Assembly (NCBI GenBank): GCA_938085045.1
Contig: CALKGI010000018.1
Span: 1-64,000 of the forward strand
Length of the DNA: 64,000 nt
From: an uncultured Alteromonadaceae bacterium
GTDB lineage: Bacteria; Pseudomonadota; Gammaproteobacteria; Enterobacterales; Alteromonadaceae
Direction of reading: 5' to 3'
Shown: positions 52,501 through 63,400 of the stretch, in pieces
Layout of the letters: each line of letters starts with the position of its first letter
How positions within the stretch are numbered: position 1 is the first letter of the stretch
Position numbers and translations under genes: made by a program
Notes under the pieces: model-generated
What the model saw: only the letters and a program-made list of their open reading frames with translations
Told to the model about the DNA's origin: nothing
Database searches by the model: none

Positions 52501-53044
52501 TATGTAAAATGCTGGAAACCGAGCCCGGCTTGTCTTCTTTAACAACAAAATTAAGCGTGGTTGAGGCATCGCTGGTTTTCAGTAAAACCTCGTAGATACC
52601 CGTTGACCATTCGCCAGGCACTGCAACAGTGTAAGGTTTTTCAAATTGGGCACCCTCAATCCAAGCATTTTCAGGCATGTCAAAATGCTGCCCGGTTATG
52701 TTGTTGTAGCTGGCCACCAAACTGTTGACCTCGCCGACCCGGTAAATTTCAATATCAAAGTTGGTCGCATTGGTAGAGCTATAAATGTCTATGCTTTGCC
52801 CTTGAGTAACACTGAACTGGGACACATAACCTTCTATAGTAACCGCCTGTTTTGATGAGGCTGTCACCAAAGGTTTGGCATTTTGCCGCTTTGCTACAGC
52901 ACCGAACGTCTCATCTGCCTGCGCTAAATTGGTCGTTAGTAAAATAATTGAAACAAGTGTGAGGCATATAAACCCGGCGTGTTTGATAAGGCAGATAAAT
53001 CCAGCTTCATTAACCGTTGGAGGTGTTTTTACTTGTGAGTCCAT
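49532..53044 (-). CDS. Large secreted thrombospondin-type-3 (Ca-binding) repeat protein with GlyGly-CTERM sorting tail
   Basis: Signal peptide; about 450-aa N-terminal globular region; about 25 tandem DxDxDGxGNNxDTDDDNDGVxD repeats; C-terminus …GGGGGGSFGLFAFLMMSLGLFRRKRV. Confidence 0.8.
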   Translation of the reverse strand: MDSQVKTPPTVNEAGFICLIKHAGFICLTLVSIILLTTNLAQADETFGAVAKRQNAKPLVTASSKQAVTIEGYVSQFSVTQGQSIDIYSSTNATNFDIEIYRVGEVNSLVASYNNITGQHFDMPENAWIEGAQFEKPYTVAVPGEWSTGIYEVLLKTSDASTTLNFVVKEDKPGSVSSILHIDNATTVMAYNNWGGKSLYNTTNSLASHSVAKNRPNQNGSTSKEIEFAKWASAQGVILEHASILDLHNDPDLLSHYELVLVTGHSEYWSKEMRANLDSFLEVGGNLMVMSGNTMWWQVRLEGDNLICYKSATLDPMNGVDNSVLTTKIHLLQTGNPEENTIGVSFRYGGYVDRGDILPASQGYGGFTVYHTQNPVFSGTGLNDGDELGQAATIAGVEVDGVVINWVNGEPKLHAGGNKQLSTTILGYTPTSIVGNSGVIVMYQPQGALGKVFNAASIDWADGLWNLNSNTVPDAQVSKISLNVLSILSPRGTASCANNTSTFDTDADTITDSCDNCASDANQNQLDTDADDTGDACDADDDNDGVLDVDDDFPLDETEVNDSDGDGVGDNADVFPLDSAESMDTDSDGTGNNADSDDDNDGVTDSEDAFPLDSTETIDTDNDGTGNNADLDDDADGVLDANDAFPLDNSEALDTDSDGTGNNVDTDDDGDGVLDIDDVFPLDATESNDADNDGIGNNADTDDDNDGVSDADDTFPFDPTESKDTDNDGLGDNTDAFPFDPNETIDTDNDGIGDTADTDDDGDGVSDIDDLFPLDSTEHIDSDGDGVGNTADTDDDDDGVLDDDDALPLNPDETIDTDADGIGNNTDTDDDGDGVLDTDDLFPLDSTEHIDTDGDGTGNTADTDDDGDGVLDSDDLFPLDSTEHIDTDGDGTGNNADTDDDGDGVMDIDDLFPLDSTEHIDTDGDGTGNNADTDDDGDGVLDKDDALPLDSTETIDTDNDGVGNNTDTDDDGDGVLDINDAFPLDGAETIDTDGDGIGNNTDTDDDGDLVFDDFDAFPLNPLESTDTDNDGIGNNSDTDDDNDDVLDADDAFPLDPTESIDTDSDGIGNNGDTDDDNDGVLDADDAFSLDPTESVDTDSDGIGNNADTDDDNDGVADVNDAFPIDASRSVAPSSNNGGNNSGDSGGGGGGSFGLFAFLMMSLGLFRRKRV
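49700..51480. repeat. Tandem array of about 33-36-nt coding repeats (TSP3 units)
   Basis: Near-identical units such as ccatcaccatcagtatcgatatgttctgttga…gtatcggcattgttgcctgtg recur many times. Confidence 0.85.
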
Positions 53045-53226
53045 TGAATAAGCTTCCGAATATACAAAAATTGCGTGGTCAGCATTATTCTTTGGAATTG
53101 ACTATTGGTCAATAAATATGTAGCAATTCTCGTTCAAAACAGTGAAAAGCCCGTCGAGAGCCTTAGAATGGCCACATAACGACTAATGTGACCATAACTA
53201 CGAGAATTTCTGTTGTCGCTCTACAA

Positions 53227-54654
53227 CTAACGAACCCTCAATGTATCCGGGTCAGCTTTAGCTTTGGCGGCGTTACTCACCTGCCCAGCGCTAATATCAA
53301 TTTCAAGCCATTGTTCAAGTGCAGACACAACCCGAGCTTTTTCATCAAGGTGTGAAATGCGAACCCCATGAGATGCGCCCGGTTGAATCAACGAAAATGA
53401 GCTTAGGTTTTCATTTGGCGTAATACCGGTGGAAGTGTATGGGTCTACGCCGCCGTAAATATAAATGATTTGCTCACCCGAATTAGTCAGCCAGTTGGCA
53501 ATATCTTGCATTTTGGTTGGCGAGTAGGTGCGTCTGGCATCAACCGGGGCAAAGTCCATTGGGCTATGGTCACTGTTTTCTAATAAGTCGGCCAAATGCT
53601 CGCCTTTATAGCCGTAATAACCCAGTTCGTTGTACGCCTGAACAAAGAACGAGCGAAAGGCCAAAGAGAACGACTTATTGAAATAATTCAACGTCGCTTG
53701 CTGCTCTAAATGGGCTGCCATAGCGGCTATTGAAGAATCAGCTGTTGGAATGGTGGCACAATCGTTGGGGGCGTACTGCCAAAAGGCGAATGGATATTCC
53801 ATTACGGCATATTCAAGCACTCGACTTAGTGGAAAGTCAAAATCTGCCGGATTTGGATTAAGGCGTAATAAAATGGCATCTCTGTTGGTCAACACTAAAC
53901 GCTGAAAATCGGTGATCTTGTTGCGACAAGTTTCATCAGACACAGTGTTAAAAATAAACTCGTCAAAACGCACATCTTCATGAGCCAACATTACAGGTGC
54001 TACATAGGCAACCACAGCATCCATATCGTCAGGGTAGGCGTTTTCATAGAACAATGCAGTCATACCGCCTTTACTGGCGCCTGTGCTGACCCATTTTGCT
54101 TGGTACAATGGTTTGAACAGTTCAAATATGGCATGTAAGTCATCGTTTTGTTGTTCAACCGACAAATACTGCCAATCGTTTGAGGCAGGCGTGGCGTTGT
54201 TAAAAAATCGATGGGTAACGGTAATTTGATTGGCTCCAGTGAGATAACTCAGTTCTTGAATGCCGCTAGAACCACCGTATCCACGGGTATTGAGTACCAC
54301 AGGTAAAGTGTCATCAGCGTGATGCAAATAAATTCGCTGGGTAAAGGTGCCAACAGAGGCATCATTGTGGTCAATCGGTTGGGAGACATCAATGCGGTAA
54401 GATTTGTCAAAGTGACCAGAGGCTGTGTTTATCTGCTCAATGGTGACACCCGGTAGTGCCATCAGTTTTTCTTCAAAGCTTAAAACTGGATCTGGTGTCG
54501 GGTCAGGGGTTGGATCTGGAGTAGGAGTCGGTTCAGGCGTTGGTGTGGGTACCGGTTCTGGCGTTGGCGTTGGGGTCGATGAAGAACTGCCGCCGCAGGC
54601 ACATAGGTTAAGTGCGCCAATGACCAGCAATGTTAATTGCCATTGTTTTTTCAT
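53227..54654 (-). CDS. Lipoprotein serine hydrolase (alpha/beta fold, putative peptidase) with Pro/Thr-rich linker
   Basis: Lipobox …LNLCAC; (TPxP)n linker; GASKGG nucleophile elbow. Confidence 0.55.
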   Translation of the reverse strand: MKKQWQLTLLVIGALNLCACGGSSSSTPTPTPEPVPTPTPEPTPTPDPTPDPTPDPVLSFEEKLMALPGVTIEQINTASGHFDKSYRIDVSQPIDHNDASVGTFTQRIYLHHADDTLPVVLNTRGYGGSSGIQELSYLTGANQITVTHRFFNNATPASNDWQYLSVEQQNDDLHAIFELFKPLYQAKWVSTGASKGGMTALFYENAYPDDMDAVVAYVAPVMLAHEDVRFDEFIFNTVSDETCRNKITDFQRLVLTNRDAILLRLNPNPADFDFPLSRVLEYAVMEYPFAFWQYAPNDCATIPTADSSIAAMAAHLEQQATLNYFNKSFSLAFRSFFVQAYNELGYYGYKGEHLADLLENSDHSPMDFAPVDARRTYSPTKMQDIANWLTNSGEQIIYIYGGVDPYTSTGITPNENLSSFSLIQPGASHGVRISHLDEKARVVSALEQWLEIDISAGQVSNAAKAKADPDTLRVR

Positions 54655-54867
54655 GAAATGCTCTTTATTTTAGATAATAATGCGATGGTTTATCATAAAA
54701 CAAAGGCGGCGGTGAGGCATCTGGTTAATTGTGTAGATATGTACGGGGGGACGTGATTTATTGAGCCTCAATAGATCTTGTGATTAACGACAAGGTTACG
54801 CGTGCGCAGTGCGCACCCTGCGGCGATTAAAACAGGCTTTTGCGACATGCCCAAAAGCCCCAACCAA

Positions 54868-56376
54868 TCAAAACAAGTCAATCTCGGTATCTTCAACAGC
54901 CTGACCATGCCCTTCAAACTTGAGTTTTTCGTCAATCAAGCGAGCGATATTAATGGTGATTTCACTGCTGCCTCGCTCGGCAATTTCCATCTTCTGGAAA
55001 ATCTTGTTACTCAAATCTTCATCCATTTCTTCGGTTTGCATCGACTTGAGTTCGTCAATCATCTCATTTATAGACTGGTGGAATTGCTGATGAGGCAGCT
55101 TAATTTTACTGTATGACGGTAAATGTCCGTATTGTTGATAACCAGACTGGTGATACCACTGACCAAATTCACTACTGTGATCATCGGTCTGTGAGGTTCG
55201 AGCTTCGTCTGAATCGGCACCCAAACTGATGGCCTGATAGGCATTTTGCAAAAAGGTGAGGTGGTCGAGCTTGACCAAAATGAAATCGTTAAGCATCCGC
55301 GCAAAATTAACCCGCTCATACATTTTTTCAGCGCCATCAGCAAAATGTTTAAACGACTGATCAAAGTCAATCATCAGGTTTTTAAAATGATTGTTTAGCT
55401 TGGTTAGCTCGTCGGTATTGGTGACCACGTTTTTACTGGTATCTAAAACCTCGGTAATTGATGAGCCGATGTCAGAAGTGGCTTTTTTGGTGATCTCTGC
55501 CAGATTACGAATTTCATCGGCGACCACGGCAAAACCGCGCCCGGCGTCACCGGCCCGGGCTGCTTCAATTGCGGCATTAAGCGCCAGCAGGTTGGTTTGG
55601 TCGGCAATTTGAGCGATGGTTTGCGAAACCTTTTCAATCTTGTTTGAGTTATTGTCTAAAGAATTGGCCAAATCAGACATATTCACCAGTGAGCTGTTCA
55701 CTTTGTCAAAATCACGATTAATCTGATCCATCGAATTTTTGTTGGTCAGCGCCTGAGTCACGGTGTTTTTGGTGATGGAATCGACCTCTTCCATCGCTTG
55801 CACTGCATCGCGCATTTGCTGTTGGGTAGTCACCAGATTGCTCTGGGTTTTGCTCGACTGCAACGTGCTTAACTGTTCGTTTAACTTATTTTTGGTCTCT
55901 AACTCGGCATTGTCTTTAATGACCTGAAAAGAGACATCGAGTTCTTTGAGTGCCTTGCCAAATAATCCGGGTAATCCGTTGGTTAGGGTTTTTCGATAAA
56001 GATGCTTGTGTTCAATTGCATGCATCGCTGCGTTGGTTTCACGCATATAGACCTCAATCGAATCGAGACCTGTATTCAAATCTTCAACGAATTGGCCGAA
56101 AATACTGTTTTGAGGAAAATTGACCAATCTTTCAGTCATCTGGCCATGGCCTAACTGGGCGACCAGATCATTAATTTTCGCCAGTTGTTCCATTTGTTGT
56201 TGTAACACAATTCGCTGACGAACCAACAACACAATCACTAATAGTAAAACCGGCGCCGCTACCCAATAATAACCTGGTAGGGCCAAACCTAGCACTAAGG
56301 CGACAATGATTAGCCCAATAGCCAGTACACTGATATTAAGAGAATTGGAGCTTAAAGACACTGGTTTCATAGTCAT
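54868..56376 (-). CDS. Methyl-accepting chemotaxis protein (TM hairpin, HAMP, MCP signalling domain)
   Basis: Highly conserved MCP hairpin tip …[32 protein letters not shown]…. Confidence 0.85.
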   Translation of the reverse strand: MTMKPVSLSSNSLNISVLAIGLIIVALVLGLALPGYYWVAAPVLLLVIVLLVRQRIVLQQQMEQLAKINDLVAQLGHGQMTERLVNFPQNSIFGQFVEDLNTGLDSIEVYMRETNAAMHAIEHKHLYRKTLTNGLPGLFGKALKELDVSFQVIKDNAELETKNKLNEQLSTLQSSKTQSNLVTTQQQMRDAVQAMEEVDSITKNTVTQALTNKNSMDQINRDFDKVNSSLVNMSDLANSLDNNSNKIEKVSQTIAQIADQTNLLALNAAIEAARAGDAGRGFAVVADEIRNLAEITKKATSDIGSSITEVLDTSKNVVTNTDELTKLNNHFKNLMIDFDQSFKHFADGAEKMYERVNFARMLNDFILVKLDHLTFLQNAYQAISLGADSDEARTSQTDDHSSEFGQWYHQSGYQQYGHLPSYSKIKLPHQQFHQSINEMIDELKSMQTEEMDEDLSNKIFQKMEIAERGSSEITINIARLIDEKLKFEGHGQAVEDTEIDLF

Positions 56377-56845
56377 CCCCCATGGCTGATAATAATTCCG
56401 TTAGTAGTTCCATTGAGGCTTTGCCAGCGGCATCGTTGCGCTGACCACCTTCTTGTTCAAGCATTTGTTCATAATACATTGAAAACATCATGGCAGCGGC
56501 AGGGTTTGGTTGTCTTTTGGCACAAGTGTAACCGGTCAGTTGGCCAGTAAGGCCGTGTACAGGGGTAATGTTGGTAAAGGCCCAATAACTGTCGTTGGTT
56601 TTGGTTTTATTTTTGACAAAACCGTTAAATTCTTTGTTTTGTTTTAGCGTTTGCCACATTAAATAAAATATGCCGCAGGGCATTTCGGGGTGCCGGACGA
56701 TGTTGTGGGATTGACCAATTAATTCTTTTTCGGTGAAACCGGTGAGTTCGATGAAATTGGGGTTACAGTAAGTGATTTTTCCGCCGGGATTGGTTTTACT
56801 GATTATTAATTGATCTGGATTGATGTCCAGTTCACTGCTACTCAT
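56336..56845 (-). CDS. Aer-like FAD-type PAS domain protein (stand-alone)
   Basis: …NIVRHPEMP…[25 protein letters not shown]… parallels the E. coli Aer PAS domain; overlaps the MCP start by 41 nt in another frame. Confidence 0.7.
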   Translation of the reverse strand: MSSSELDINPDQLIISKTNPGGKITYCNPNFIELTGFTEKELIGQSHNIVRHPEMPCGIFYLMWQTLKQNKEFNGFVKNKTKTNDSYWAFTNITPVHGLTGQLTGYTCAKRQPNPAAAMMFSMYYEQMLEQEGGQRNDAAGKASMELLTELLSAMGDDYETSVFKLQFS

Positions 56846-57168
56846 ATGGTTGGCCTATTCCGTTATTTTTGTACTTTTTTGTATTTTCTGCACTTGCTGC
56901 GCATTTTTGCGAATCTTGCTAAGCATAGCTCAAAGATAGTGTGCTCGCTATATCGATGGTATACAAAAGCAGCACTCAGTGAGTGGCGCTTTTTAATTAA
57001 TCTGCTGCTGAGCATATTAATTGCAGAAAAGGCGGTATTTTGGTAGTATCGCGTGCTTTTTGATAGCTGGATAGCCTGCGAGTTTCTGTGGTTTTCCTCG
57101 TTTTTAAAAAAGCAAAATTGGTTCCACCCCCTTTTGGAACGTTAACTCACAGGAATTTCCATACGCCC

Positions 57169-58725
57169 ATGTTTAAGTTACTTACTCAATCGAGCACATC
57201 CATAAAAAATGACGTGTTGTCCGGTTTAACTGTTGCCCTAGCTCTGGTACCCGAAGCGGTTGCTTTTGCCTTTGTCGCTGGTGTTGATCCACTGGTTGGC
57301 TTGTACGCTGCCTTTATGATTGGCCTAATTACCTCTATCTTGGGTGGTCGCCCGGGCATGATCTCTGGTGCTACCGGTGCTTTGGCCGTTGTGATGGTCA
57401 CCTTAGTTGCCCAACATGGCGTGCAATACTTGTTTGCCACCGTTATTTTAATGGGGATTTTACAAGTGCTGGCGGGGGTGTTTAAACTCGGCAAATTTAT
57501 CCGAATTGTGCCCCATCCTGTGATGTTCGGATTTGTAAATGGCTTAGCCATCGTGATATTCCTTGCCCAATTAGGGCAATTTAAAGTGCCCGGAGCCGAT
57601 GGTGCACTGGTTTGGATGAGCGGTGTTGAGCTTTACGTCATGCTGGGTTTAGTTGGGTTGACTATGGCTATTATTCATTTCTTGCCAAAATTGACTACCG
57701 CCGTACCGTCTTCTTTGGTGGCTATTGGCGTGGTTACCCTGATTTCTTACTTCTCTGGTTTAGAAACCCGAACAGTCATCGATTTTGTTAAAACCATGAC
57801 AGGCGACGCCAACGCAACTATCGCCGGTGGTTTGCCAACTTTTGCTATTCCAAGCGTACCATTTGATTTTGAAATGCTGCGAATAATCTTCCCATACGCC
57901 ATTGTATTGGCCGCTATTGGTTTGATTGAATCGTTGCTGACATTGACTTTGATTGACGAAATCACCGAAACCCGTGGTCGTGGTAACCGCGAATGTGTTG
58001 GTCAAGGCGTTGCTAACGTAGCGACAGGTTTCTTCGGCGGTATGGGTGGTTGTGCGATGATTGGTCAAAGCATGATTAACATCAACTCTGGTGGTCGTGG
58101 TCGTTTGTCGGGCATTACCGCAGCTTTAACTTTGTTGGCGTTCATATTGTTTGCCTCGGCCTTGATTGAAATCATTCCATTGGCAGCATTGGTTGGTGTG
58201 ATGTTTATGGTCGTGTTGGGCACCTTCGAATGGTCAAGCCTGCGTATCATCAAGAAGATACCTAAAGCCGATGCTTTTGTTATTTTCTTAGTATCTGGCG
58301 TGACAGTAATGACCGATTTGGCCATTGCGGTTGTGGTTGGCGTTATCGTATCTGCCTTGGTATTTGCTTGGGACCACGCCAAACATGTTTATGCAACTAA
58401 GCGTGTTGATGAAAATGGTTCGAAAATTTACGAATTACATGGTCCATTATTCTTTGGTTCAGTCAGTCACTTTTTGGATATTTTCGACACCAAGAATGAC
58501 CCTAAAGATGTCATCATCGAATTCAAATACAGCCGAGTTGCAGACCATTCGGCGATTGAAGCGATTGATACTTTGGCCGACAGATACACCGCTCAAGGCA
58601 AAACCTTGCACCTGCGTCATTTGAGTGAAGACTGCGTTAAGTTGTTGCACAAGGCGGGGAATATGGTTGAAGTTAACTTTACAGAAGACCCGCATTACCG
58701 AGTTGCATCTGACGAACTGGCTTAA
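57169..58725 (+). CDS. SulP-family anion permease with C-terminal STAS domain
   Basis: Multi-TM SulP signature region and C-terminal STAS domain; start taken at MFKLLTQSS…. Confidence 0.8.
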   Translation: MFKLLTQSSTSIKNDVLSGLTVALALVPEAVAFAFVAGVDPLVGLYAAFMIGLITSILGGRPGMISGATGALAVVMVTLVAQHGVQYLFATVILMGILQVLAGVFKLGKFIRIVPHPVMFGFVNGLAIVIFLAQLGQFKVPGADGALVWMSGVELYVMLGLVGLTMAIIHFLPKLTTAVPSSLVAIGVVTLISYFSGLETRTVIDFVKTMTGDANATIAGGLPTFAIPSVPFDFEMLRIIFPYAIVLAAIGLIESLLTLTLIDEITETRGRGNRECVGQGVANVATGFFGGMGGCAMIGQSMININSGGRGRLSGITAALTLLAFILFASALIEIIPLAALVGVMFMVVLGTFEWSSLRIIKKIPKADAFVIFLVSGVTVMTDLAIAVVVGVIVSALVFAWDHAKHVYATKRVDENGSKIYELHGPLFFGSVSHFLDIFDTKNDPKDVIIEFKYSRVADHSAIEAIDTLADRYTAQGKTLHLRHLSEDCVKLLHKAGNMVEVNFTEDPHYRVASDELA

Positions 58726-58778
58726 CCTTTGTTTAATCCCCCGGCGCTGGCGCTGGGGGATTAAAAGATTAAAAGATT

Positions 58779-59008
58779 AAAAGCTTCACACACAGACGCG
58801 GAGACACGGAGGTTCACGGAGAAAGACAAAAAGGTAAGACAAACAAACTTAAATAACTTTAAAAAAGTATTGGCTACAAAAACAACATGTAACTAGGTTT
58901 TCCATCTTTTAAAGCTTTTCCTCCGTGAACCTCCGTGTCTCGGCAATTGCTCCTGCATTGCCCTACCATAATACGTCCCTGTATTTGTCCGTGTGAAATC
59001 CCTTGACC
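58779..59008. mobile_element. Cargo-less copy of the CCGTG-repeat MITE, about 230 bp
   Basis: Left end aaaagcttcacacacagacgcggagacacggaggttcacggagaaag; right end cttttcctccgtgaacctccgtgtctcggc…gtccgtgtgaaatcccttgac; no ORF inside. Confidence 0.65.
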
Positions 59009-59037
59009 TTGACCTTGGCCTTAAAGGCCGAAGGCCG

Positions 59038-59454
59038 TTACCCCTGAGTACGAACCCCAATCATCTTGTCGTATTCCTCGTCGACAGGCTCCCAAAGCTC
59101 AATCTTCTTACCCTCACCATCAAGAATATGAACAAACTTACCGTATTCAAAGCTTTCAATCTCATCGACAATAGTCACCCCTTCTTTTTTCAACTGCTCA
59201 ACCAATGCCACCAAATCATCTACCCGAAAGTTGATCATATATTCTTGGTCTGAAGGTTTAAAATAGTCGGTTGATTGCTTAAAAGGGCTCCACTGGGTGA
59301 AACCCTTCTTATCGGGGTTGCCACCGTGTCTCCATTCGAACGTGGTGCCGTATTGGTCTGTTTCCAGACCAAGGTGAGTTTTGTACCAATCGTTGGCTTT
59401 GGCGGGGTCTTGGCTTTTAAAGAAGATTCCGCCTATGCCTGTTACGCGCTTCAT
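59038..59454 (-). CDS. VOC/glyoxalase family protein
   Basis: 138 aa with the VOC fold pattern. Confidence 0.55.
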   Translation of the reverse strand: MKRVTGIGGIFFKSQDPAKANDWYKTHLGLETDQYGTTFEWRHGGNPDKKGFTQWSPFKQSTDYFKPSDQEYMINFRVDDLVALVEQLKKEGVTIVDEIESFEYGKFVHILDGEGKKIELWEPVDEEYDKMIGVRTQG

Positions 59455-59470
59455 ACCTACTCCTCGAGAT

Positions 59471-59983
59471 TTAGTCCTGTAGAGGTTTATTGAACTTGCG
59501 GTAAAACAAGTGATCTAGACCTAGTTTCCCCGGGCCCATAAACACCAAAGGTAGCAGCATGGTGAAATATATCAATGGCAGTTTGAAGTTACCCTGACCT
59601 TTGTCGGTAATAGCATAACCTTGTGCCAACTCCGCCAGTGAATGCCATTCGGCTGGCCAATGCACAGCAGCCGTGGCAACTATGGTCAAAACAATAAGAG
59701 AAACTGAAAAGAATCGAGTGCCCAGTCCAACGATTAATGCGATACCGCCGATGATCTCAAACCAAGTAGCCATGAACCAGCTTATGTCGGTAGGAATGCT
59801 ATTAAAAGGAAAAGGGAAGTTGTCTTTAACATGCTCAAACCAGTTTTCACCATTGAATTTTTCAAGCCCTGCCTCAAGAAATTCCCAACCTATCAACATT
59901 CTCAACAACAACAAAGCCACCCACGGAGCAGATGCATTGAGTAGTTTGATTAGGGTATTGCTCATATTAATGGCTTTTTGCAC
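59471..59983 (-). CDS. DoxX-family membrane protein
   Basis: 170 aa, 4 TM, DoxX-like. Confidence 0.55.
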   Translation of the reverse strand: MQKAINMSNTLIKLLNASAPWVALLLLRMLIGWEFLEAGLEKFNGENWFEHVKDNFPFPFNSIPTDISWFMATWFEIIGGIALIVGLGTRFFSVSLIVLTIVATAAVHWPAEWHSLAELAQGYAITDKGQGNFKLPLIYFTMLLPLVFMGPGKLGLDHLFYRKFNKPLQD

Positions 59984-60427
59984 GATTAAAATTCCTGTTA
60001 AACACTATAGGTTTAAATAGACACCTTTTTGCGTCATATACTTTCAAAAAAAACCGTTTGTTTGAGGATTCTAGGGTTTTACTAGCAAAATGTGTCTATA
60101 ACGCGACAAATGTCCCATTATCAACTGATTAAGGCTGGCTAAGTAATGGGTGGAAAGTCGGTTTTCTCGACCCTGACAACCACAAAATTACGGTAGCACT
60201 ATTCGTTTTAACCAGCCGTGATAATCAATTGTCTATACGCCCAATAATGAGTGGTTACTTGGCAATTGTTTTAAGTGATTGCACCAGACATTGACGTTTT
60301 AATAAATTGCATAAAAAACATTCGTATAATGTCTGGTTTTTATAGACTTTGACGACAAAGAATATTAGACTCCCGTCCCGTAATTTTTTAACCTTAATTA
60401 AAATAATAATAACCCCGGAGTCTTGCA

Positions 60428-63400
60428 ATGCTTAAAAAGCTACTGCCAATATTTGTTAGTTTAATATTACTATTTTCACATTTACCATCCATCAAAGCTG
60501 CACCTACTATACAGGCCACTGCCGATCCTTATATTTTGCCCCCGGCAGATGTAACCATTATGGCGCTGCGTAACCTTTATACCAGCACTAATGGTGGCAA
60601 TTGGCAAAGGGACGACAATTGGCCCAATATAGACGCAAATGATCCCTATTCGGTGTGTAAGTGGTTCGGCGTAATTTGCTATGACTATAAAGAATACAAT
60701 GATGCTGGCGAAGAGTTTATACAAATATATGTACACAGACTCCACTTAATTAACAATAATTTAAGTGGACCTTTCCCAAAAGGGTTGTCTGTACTGCCCA
60801 AACTTTATGCTATGCAGTTTTCAAATAATTCTTTAACCGGTCCACTGCCCAATAACCTTAACCAATTCTTCAGCCTGACTCATCTAGATGTGCAAGATAA
60901 CCAGTTGTCAGGTCCGGTACCTGCTGGGTATTTTGAAATGCTGCAAAACAACAGTAGATCAACACTGACTTTAAAGTATTTTGCAATCAATGGTAATCCA
61001 GACCTTGGCACACCTATTGGTGAACGACTAATTAACGAGTTTCCTAGCTTAGCGGCCAAGTATAAAGATTTTGAACTCACACAAGGGCCCATTTTTCGCG
61101 GGCTGTTCGGTGACAAGTCATGCTTGATTGTCGATAAAACCATCACTGATTTTTTTAGTGGTATCCATTGGATGTGGCACGCCTGCAACACCGAGAACAA
61201 CAGCTGTCCAGAAGGTAACAGCGGGCCAAATTGTATGGCTGGTAACCCAATGAATATTCGCCAAGGGATAAAACAGCAAAGCGAATTAGATTTTAGCTCG
61301 CAAGGGTTGTTCGCGTTACAGCTCAAACGCACATACAACAGCGCCAAACGACAGTGGGCCTTCAATGATTTTGATGCTTTTGTTTGGGACTATGGCGACA
61401 ATAACCACAAAGGTGTTTCACTGGGTAATGGTCGAACTTACTATTTTGTTAAAAGTAGCAGTGATACATGGCTGGCAACCAAAGCCCCAAATGAATCAAC
61501 CGCTTACCAAGGTTATATACTCAAAAAAGTGGCGACAGGATATCGTTTTATCAAACCCCGAGGCGATAGCCTTGATTTTAATGATGCAGGTGAATTAATC
61601 GCTAAAAACAGCGTTAATGGGTTCACACATCACGTAGTTAAAACATCAAACAGCCATACCGTCAGCGACGACTTTGGCGTTAGCTACACCCTAACTTACA
61701 ATGCATTAAAACAGCCTGTATCGTTGACTACACCGCAAGGTCTTATCCAATATGGTTATGATGTCGATGGCCTGCTAGTTTCGGTCACATACCCAGACAA
61801 CACGATTCGACAATATCACTACGATGAACCCATATACAGCACGGCGACACACATTAAAGGATTGTTGACCGGCATTATAGATGCCAATGGCGACCGATAT
61901 GCCAGTTGGCACTACGACAACACAGGCCGTGTTTGGCAAAGCAAACATGGTAGCAATGCAGATACCACCACCATTGTTTACTTTGACAACGGTGTGCAGC
62001 CCATCCGCGACGAAACAACCGCTACTGGTGCTCGTAAACGCTATTATCTAGACTCCGAATATGGCCAACGGGCAGAGAAAATTGAGTACTACGATTTAAA
62101 TGACACATTGCTTGGTACAGAAAGTTATCAATACAATAGCTTTGGTCATACTGCACAAAAAACCGACATTAAGGGCACCATAACCCGCTATACCCGAGAC
62201 ACATATGGCAGAGAATATACGCGTATCGAGGCTGCTGATACTGGGCTTGCTCGTACAATAACAACTGAGTATTTGGGTGGTACGTCGTTGCCCGCCAAAG
62301 TAACAACAGCGCAATTAATCACTCAATACACATACACCACGACACAACAAATAAGCCAAATAAGCCGCACTGATGTTGCTAGTGGCGAAATTCGCACAAC
62401 AAGGTATCAATATAATGCCAATAATCTATTGATAGCTGTGGACGGCCCAAGAATAGACGTTAGTGATGTCACCACTTTTACCTACAACCCACAAGGTTGG
62501 CGAACAAAAACCGTTAATGCGCTGGGTCATGCCCGAGAAGTCGTAACCTTTGATACATCAGGCCAGCCTTTGAGCATTAAAGAAGCCAATGGCACCATCA
62601 CCACCTTGAGTTACAACAGCCGTAGCTGGCTTGTTAGTCGCACCAACAGCGGCCTTACGATTAATTATGAGTACGATGCACAAGGTCAGCAAAGTGCCAT
62701 ACATCTGCCCGGTGGGCAAACCATTGCTTATGAATACGACAGTGCACACCGCCTTGTCGCCATAGTAGATGCTCAGAATAATCGTTTGGAATACACACTT
62801 GATGGCGCTGGCAATCGAATTAAAACAGACATAAAAGACAAAAATGGTGTGTTGCAGCAAACCAGCCAACAATCGTTTGACCATTTTGGTCGCTTGCAAT
62901 CATTGATTGGCGCAAGCGGCAATACCCAAACATACAGCCACAACCCAGCGGGTGAGTTGGTTAGTCAAACCGACGCCCTGAATTATCAAACAACCCATAA
63001 ATTCAATGCTTTAGGTCATATGGTGACGACCACCGATGCTAATGGTAATGCCACATTTTTAGGGGTTGATAATGCCGGTCGCAATACTGCCGTTATTGAT
63101 GTTCAAGGCAAAAACACTCGCTACCAGTACAATGGTTTTGGCGAAGTAACCGAACAACACTCACCAGACAGTGGCACTACCCGCTTCATCTACGACCAAG
63201 CGGGTAACCTGACACAAAAAGTGCAAGTTGAATTGGCCCAAACCAGCCAATATCAATTTGATGCGCTAAACCGCATACTTACCGACAGCGCCACCGGCGC
63301 GGGATATATTTATGATGACACCTCAAATGGTAATTTTGGTATCGGTCAACTGACCTCGGTGGCCGACAATAGTGGCAGCCAGCAGTTAACTTACAATGCC

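Noticed and set aside
54480-54600. GGT/GTT-rich DNA repeats and the Gly/Val-rich plus-strand ORF (54425-54673)
   Set aside because: This is the antisense of the Pro/Thr-rich linker coding region of the lipoprotein gene on the minus strand.
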